From a virus (lineage: Duplodnaviria > Caudoviricetes), in the IMG/VR virus record IMGVR_UViG_3300027863_000649, positions 1 to 29,005 of that record: a stretch of 29,005 nt of DNA; one strand, written 5' to 3'. Of the stretch, positions 25,928 through 29,005 are shown piece by piece. How positions within the stretch are numbered: the stretch's first letter is position 1; each line of letters begins with the position of its first letter. The notes beneath the pieces are model-generated. The model was not told the origin of the DNA. It ran no database searches and saw nothing but the letters and a program-made list of their open reading frames with translations. The position numbers were made by a program, and so were the translations under genes.

Positions 25928-26665
25928 ATGGGTAAAGTGCTTCTCTGTTCGCCACTTCTGCTACTGTTTCTTTCTTCGGTCGCGCTAGCAGACTCGCCGA
26001 ACACACAGAGTACTGCGCACCTTGAAGTCTGGGGTACGGAATACGTCAGAGGTGAGGAAGCAACGCTCTACGCACAGCTACTCGACGAGTCTGGTGCACC
26101 CATAAACAGTGGCACAGTGACGTATAAAGTCTTCGACAGCTCAGGCAACCTATACCACTCAGGCACTCTTGCATATGTTCCTGGTACCAACGGGATATAT
26201 GCGGACACGTTCGAGTGTAACCAGAGTGGAAACTTCGTTTGCGACGTCGTCTCTGTACCCTCAGCTTACGCTACAGGAGAGGTACACGTAAGTAATGCAC
26301 AGGAGATTCTGATTATGGGATTGGTACTAGCACTGATAGCTCTCTCAATAACCTTCGTCGGTCTCCTATATAGGCTCTCATACCTGCTCATCGTAGCAGG
26401 AGTGTGTTGGGTGCTTGAGGCCATATACCTGTATCATAACGTCGAGAGCACTAACCCCTACATGCCAACGGCCTGGATGATGGTGGGACTGTCGATGGCA
26501 TTCCTGACACTCTTCCAGGCAGTACGCTTCTACACTGAAATGCGCAAGCAGCCCATGCTCTCGCCAGAAGACGAACAGGAAGCCTACATAGGTGAGATCC
26601 GCAAACGTGTCAGCACTAAAAGAGTGCCACCATCGCTTCTACTGCGTCGATGGTGGAGACGCTAA
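25928..26665 (+). CDS. Exported membrane protein (signal peptide, Ig-like domain, 3 TM, cytoplasmic tail)
   Basis: Signal peptide ending VALA; beta-rich 'ATLYAQLLDESGAPINSGTVTYKVFD...GIYADTF'; three hydrophobic helices. Confidence 0.75.
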   Translation: MGKVLLCSPLLLLFLSSVALADSPNTQSTAHLEVWGTEYVRGEEATLYAQLLDESGAPINSGTVTYKVFDSSGNLYHSGTLAYVPGTNGIYADTFECNQSGNFVCDVVSVPSAYATGEVHVSNAQEILIMGLVLALIALSITFVGLLYRLSYLLIVAGVCWVLEAIYLYHNVESTNPYMPTAWMMVGLSMAFLTLFQAVRFYTEMRKQPMLSPEDEQEAYIGEIRKRVSTKRVPPSLLLRRWWRR

Positions 26666-26702
26666 CTGCATACGTCGCGTTCGACCGTCTCAAAGGGTTC
26701 AT

Positions 26703-26743
26703 ATTAGTCTGCCCTTGAAAAGCAATCCATATTGTGTTATAAT
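26703..26743 (+). promoter_or_regulatory. Near-consensus sigma70-type promoter P3 with ATTAGT-N3-CCCTTG motif
   Basis: TTGAAA (26715-26720), 17-bp spacer, TG-n-TATAAT (26738-26743). Confidence 0.85.
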
Positions 26744-26786
26744 AAAATTAAGAACATGAAGAATGCAGTATGAAAGGAGGAACACA

Positions 26787-26819
26787 ATGACTATCTGGGA
26801 TATCAAGGACAGATCGTAG
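26787..26819 (+). CDS. 10-aa micro-ORF MTIWDIKDRS (leader peptide or gene remnant)
   Basis: Strong SD GAAAGGAGG (26772-26780) with 6-nt spacing to ATG, directly after P3. Confidence 0.4.
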   Translation: MTIWDIKDRS

Positions 26820-26823
26820 ACGT

Positions 26824-26856
26824 AGAGGGGAGCTCTTCGTGAGAGGGCTCCTCTCT
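26824..26856 (+). terminator. GC-rich hairpin (terminator/attenuator-like)
   Basis: AGAGGGGAGCTCTTC-GTGA-GAGGGCTCCTCTCT, with G-U pairs and a weak U tract. Confidence 0.55.
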
Positions 26857-26886
26857 GTTCTCAGCGAATCGTAGAAAGGAGGAGAG

Positions 26887-27336
26887 ATGAGATACGAATT
26901 TGCATCGCAGAGCTATAGGAATCCATCATTTGTCCTGGAATGGATGGGGCCAGAGGAGCCCCGGTTTCCGTCTGATCTACCCTGTACTCGGGTAGATGCA
27001 GCAATCTCTACCGTTGGGGGACAGACAGTCGTCCGCCTGACCCCCAACCCTGCGGGGAGGTACTGGCCGATCGTATACCTCCCCAACGGGGGTGGGCTGA
27101 GCATCTACGCTCACCCGAAGAACGTTCCCATCGAGGAGCGCTCGGGTGAGCGCAACAAGATGGCAGGAATCCATAATTTTTACTGCATTCCCTACGGGGG
27201 TCATGAGCACGGATTGTGGCTCATCCCGGTAGGGATTCAGACCCTGATGGTCTGTCACCCATACCGGGGAAAGCCCACTCTGTGGTGGTGGAAGGACGGG
27301 ATAAAAGAGCCCGTCGAGGAGTTCAAGCCACTGTAG
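26887..27336 (+). CDS. Hypothetical protein (149 aa), putative early gene
   Basis: GAAAGGAGG SD; no recognisable motif. Confidence 0.75.
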   Translation: MRYEFASQSYRNPSFVLEWMGPEEPRFPSDLPCTRVDAAISTVGGQTVVRLTPNPAGRYWPIVYLPNGGGLSIYAHPKNVPIEERSGERNKMAGIHNFYCIPYGGHEHGLWLIPVGIQTLMVCHPYRGKPTLWWWKDGIKEPVEEFKPL

Positions 27337-27365
27337 TAGACTGCAGAATCGGTACATGTAGAAGG

Positions 27366-27388
27366 TTGTGTTATAATAAAATTAAGAA
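27366..27388 (+). promoter_or_regulatory. Extended -10 promoter P4; 23-bp exact copy of the P3 -10 region
   Basis: TTGTGTTATAATAAAATTAAGAA at 26732-26754 and 27366-27388; no good -35 box here. Confidence 0.75.
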
Positions 27389-27405
27389 ATGGAAAGGAGG
27401 AAAAG

Positions 27406-27906
27406 ATGAACACAATCATGCAATTCGAAGAGGCTCGGCGTCTGCTGGGTCACGAGGTGGTCCTCTCACCCGAGGAGGTGCGGGGAGTGTGGAGTATCCC
27501 AGAGTACATTTGGTGGTTGCTAGATCGATACCCTGCCCCAGAAGAGTGGGGTAGCGAGCACTGTCCTCCTGTGCTTCCGATGGTACGTATTGTACCAGGA
27601 AGGGGAGTATCAGCGACCGAGTCCGTGCACGAAGAGTGCATGGACGGGGTCGCCCTAAGCGACCTCCTCTGGGCACGGGAAGTTAGTTTGATTCACGTGT
27701 CCCGTGGTGGACACGTAAAGCTCAGCTGCACCGAAGAGGAATTTCGGTGCGAGCTGGCTATAGAACCAGAGAAGCTGAGCTCGCTGAGCGACCACCAGTT
27801 GGCGGCGGTCGCTCGTCTTATACAGGCAGGGCTGGTTACAGAGTACACGGGTGCGAAGAGGGAGGAGATCCTGGCCGCAGCCGAGAAGCAGGGGAGCTCC
27901 GTATGA
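27406..27906 (+). CDS. Hypothetical protein (166 aa), putative early gene
   Basis: Has its own promoter, GAAAGGAGG SD and terminator. Confidence 0.75.
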   Translation: MNTIMQFEEARRLLGHEVVLSPEEVRGVWSIPEYIWWLLDRYPAPEEWGSEHCPPVLPMVRIVPGRGVSATESVHEECMDGVALSDLLWAREVSLIHVSRGGHVKLSCTEEEFRCELAIEPEKLSSLSDHQLAAVARLIQAGLVTEYTGAKREEILAAAEKQGSSV

Positions 27907-27921
27907 GGAGCTCCCCTTTTT
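27890..27921 (+). terminator. Rho-independent terminator
   Basis: AGGGGAGCTCC-GTATGA-GGAGCTCCCCT followed by a T-run. Confidence 0.85.
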
Positions 27922-27970
27922 GTATCCGTACTGATGACATCTCCACTGAATACTAGCGTGGAGGAACACA

Positions 27971-28825
27971 ATGGAGCTTGAACCCATGAAGGCAGTCTCG
28001 GGTGACGTCACTACGCTAGAACGCCTCTCGGACGACCCACGATGGGTAGCTGGCGAGAAGTTCGACGGCTATCGTGAGCTGTTCTACATTGGCTGCAATG
28101 GCAGTGGCAACGACTTACGATCGTCTCTTGGTACTTCACACATTTCCGGCGTCCCTCAGTTCCAGATTCCTGTGCCAGAGCTTAAAGGAACAATCTTCGA
28201 CTGTGAGGGAATGGCGCCTACTCGTAGACTAGAGGATAACGCAACCTGCTTCAAGTCGTGTCCAAGCACCTCTATCCAATGGCAGCAGGAGCATGGGTGG
28301 GCGTCTCTAGTCATTTTTGATCTTCTCGTGTATAAGGGAGAGGTAGTAGTCTCGTTACCCTTCCGGGAGCGTCGGAAACTTCTACGTGAGGCTTTCGACG
28401 TTCTGCTGCGTCGAATAGAGCACTGTCGTCTAGAAACTCTTATAAGTGGTGGAAAGCTTTCGTACTGGAGACATGTGGTGGAATGTGGCGGTGAGGGAGT
28501 GATCTTGAAGGACCTTGACGCACCTTATGCGCCCGGAAAGCGGAGCGGTGCGTGGGTAAAGGTAAAGCGTATGCTTCGTCTTCAGTATGAGATCATGGGT
28601 TTCATGCCTGGCACTGGCAAGTATGAGGGCCTTATAGGTTCCGTGCTCTACGGTAGAGACGGAGCGGTATTGGGGTCAGCCAGTGGGATGGCTGACGAGG
28701 TACGGATAGCCATGACAAGGCACCCCGAGTGGTATGTAGGTAAGATGGCCTGGTTCGAGTGTCAATCACTTACAGACAGAGGCGTCATGAGACATCCACG
28801 TTACAAGGAGTTGGCAAATGATTAG
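27971..28825 (+). CDS. ATP-dependent DNA ligase (minimal adenylation plus OB-fold domains)
   Basis: Motif I 'EKFDGYR', III 'IFDCE', IIIa 'IFDLL', IV 'EGVILK', V 'WVKVK' and C-terminal 'GVMRHPRY'. Confidence 0.92.
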   Translation: MELEPMKAVSGDVTTLERLSDDPRWVAGEKFDGYRELFYIGCNGSGNDLRSSLGTSHISGVPQFQIPVPELKGTIFDCEGMAPTRRLEDNATCFKSCPSTSIQWQQEHGWASLVIFDLLVYKGEVVVSLPFRERRKLLREAFDVLLRRIEHCRLETLISGGKLSYWRHVVECGGEGVILKDLDAPYAPGKRSGAWVKVKRMLRLQYEIMGFMPGTGKYEGLIGSVLYGRDGAVLGSASGMADEVRIAMTRHPEWYVGKMAWFECQSLTDRGVMRHPRYKELAND

Positions 28826-29005
28826 GAAGCACCTTAACTGGACATGGATAGCGGGGACATCTACTTGGTACATCTCTGCCTTCTTCGGCAGTATGGTTGT
28901 TGCTTGTGCAGCCTACCTCTTCTGGAATGCACTCAACATCTGGATCCTCAGAGAGAAGGGTCACAGTTGGGCATGGTTCGTCATCCCCATCTCGGCTCTC
29001 TTATT
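28818..29005 (+). CDS. Small Trp-rich membrane protein, truncated by the window end
   Basis: AAGGAG SD at 28805-28810 and ATG 28818; open to the end: MIRKHLNWTWIAGTSTWYISAFFGSMVVACAAYLFWNALNIWILREKGHSWAWFVIPISALL. Confidence 0.65.
   Translation, partial: MIRKHLNWTWIAGTSTWYISAFFGSMVVACAAYLFWNALNIWILREKGHSWAWFVIPISALL

Larger units (their letters stand above)
1..29005 (+). mobile_element. Near-complete genome of a putative non-tailed dsDNA virus with a bacterial host
   Basis: Single-strand gene orientation, overlapping stop/start codons, and modular order (replication, DNA modification, structural, small promoter-driven genes). Phage-type genes include Sak4-like ATPase, DUF669, UDG-PolA and a pI/Zot ATPase. 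No host core operons and no integrase seen. The right end cuts through a gene. Confidence 0.85.

Noticed and set aside
1-29005. tRNA, rRNA, intron/intein or integrase-att features; alternative genetic code
   Set aside because: None recognised; intergenic space is minimal, and the standard code gives full-length genes with TAA, TAG and TGA all used as stops.

Overview
The window looks like most of a ~29 kb double-stranded DNA virus genome. All credible genes are on the + strand, tightly packed and often translationally coupled. The left arm (217-11380) covers replication, recombination and DNA modification. It holds a minimal UvrD-like helicase, a highly divergent family B polymerase, a Sak4-like ATPase/DUF669 SSB/Cas4-like module, a 7-deazaguanine cluster (queC, queD, folE and a DpdA/TGT-like TIM barrel, with no queE) and a UDG-fused family A polymerase. 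The right arm (11473-26665) is a morphogenesis block with no recognisable terminase, portal, HK97 capsid, tail tube or lysin. Instead it has a small basic protein, a 68-aa two-helix hydrophobic protein shaped like the major capsid proteins of archaeal spindle-shaped viruses, a 1626-aa protein carrying HAD and Nudix domains, several signal-peptide/membrane-anchored adhesin-like proteins and a Zot/pI-like ATPase. The end holds promoter-driven small genes and an ATP-dependent ligase. Expression signals are clearly bacterial: sigma70-type TTGnnn-17-TATAAT promoters with extended -10, strong GGAGG Shine-Dalgarno sites and an intrinsic terminator. The main hypothesis is a non-tailed, extruded or budding (spindle-shaped-like) dsDNA virus of a bacterium, with deazaguanine-modified DNA. 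All family calls come from reading motifs by eye; no searches were run.
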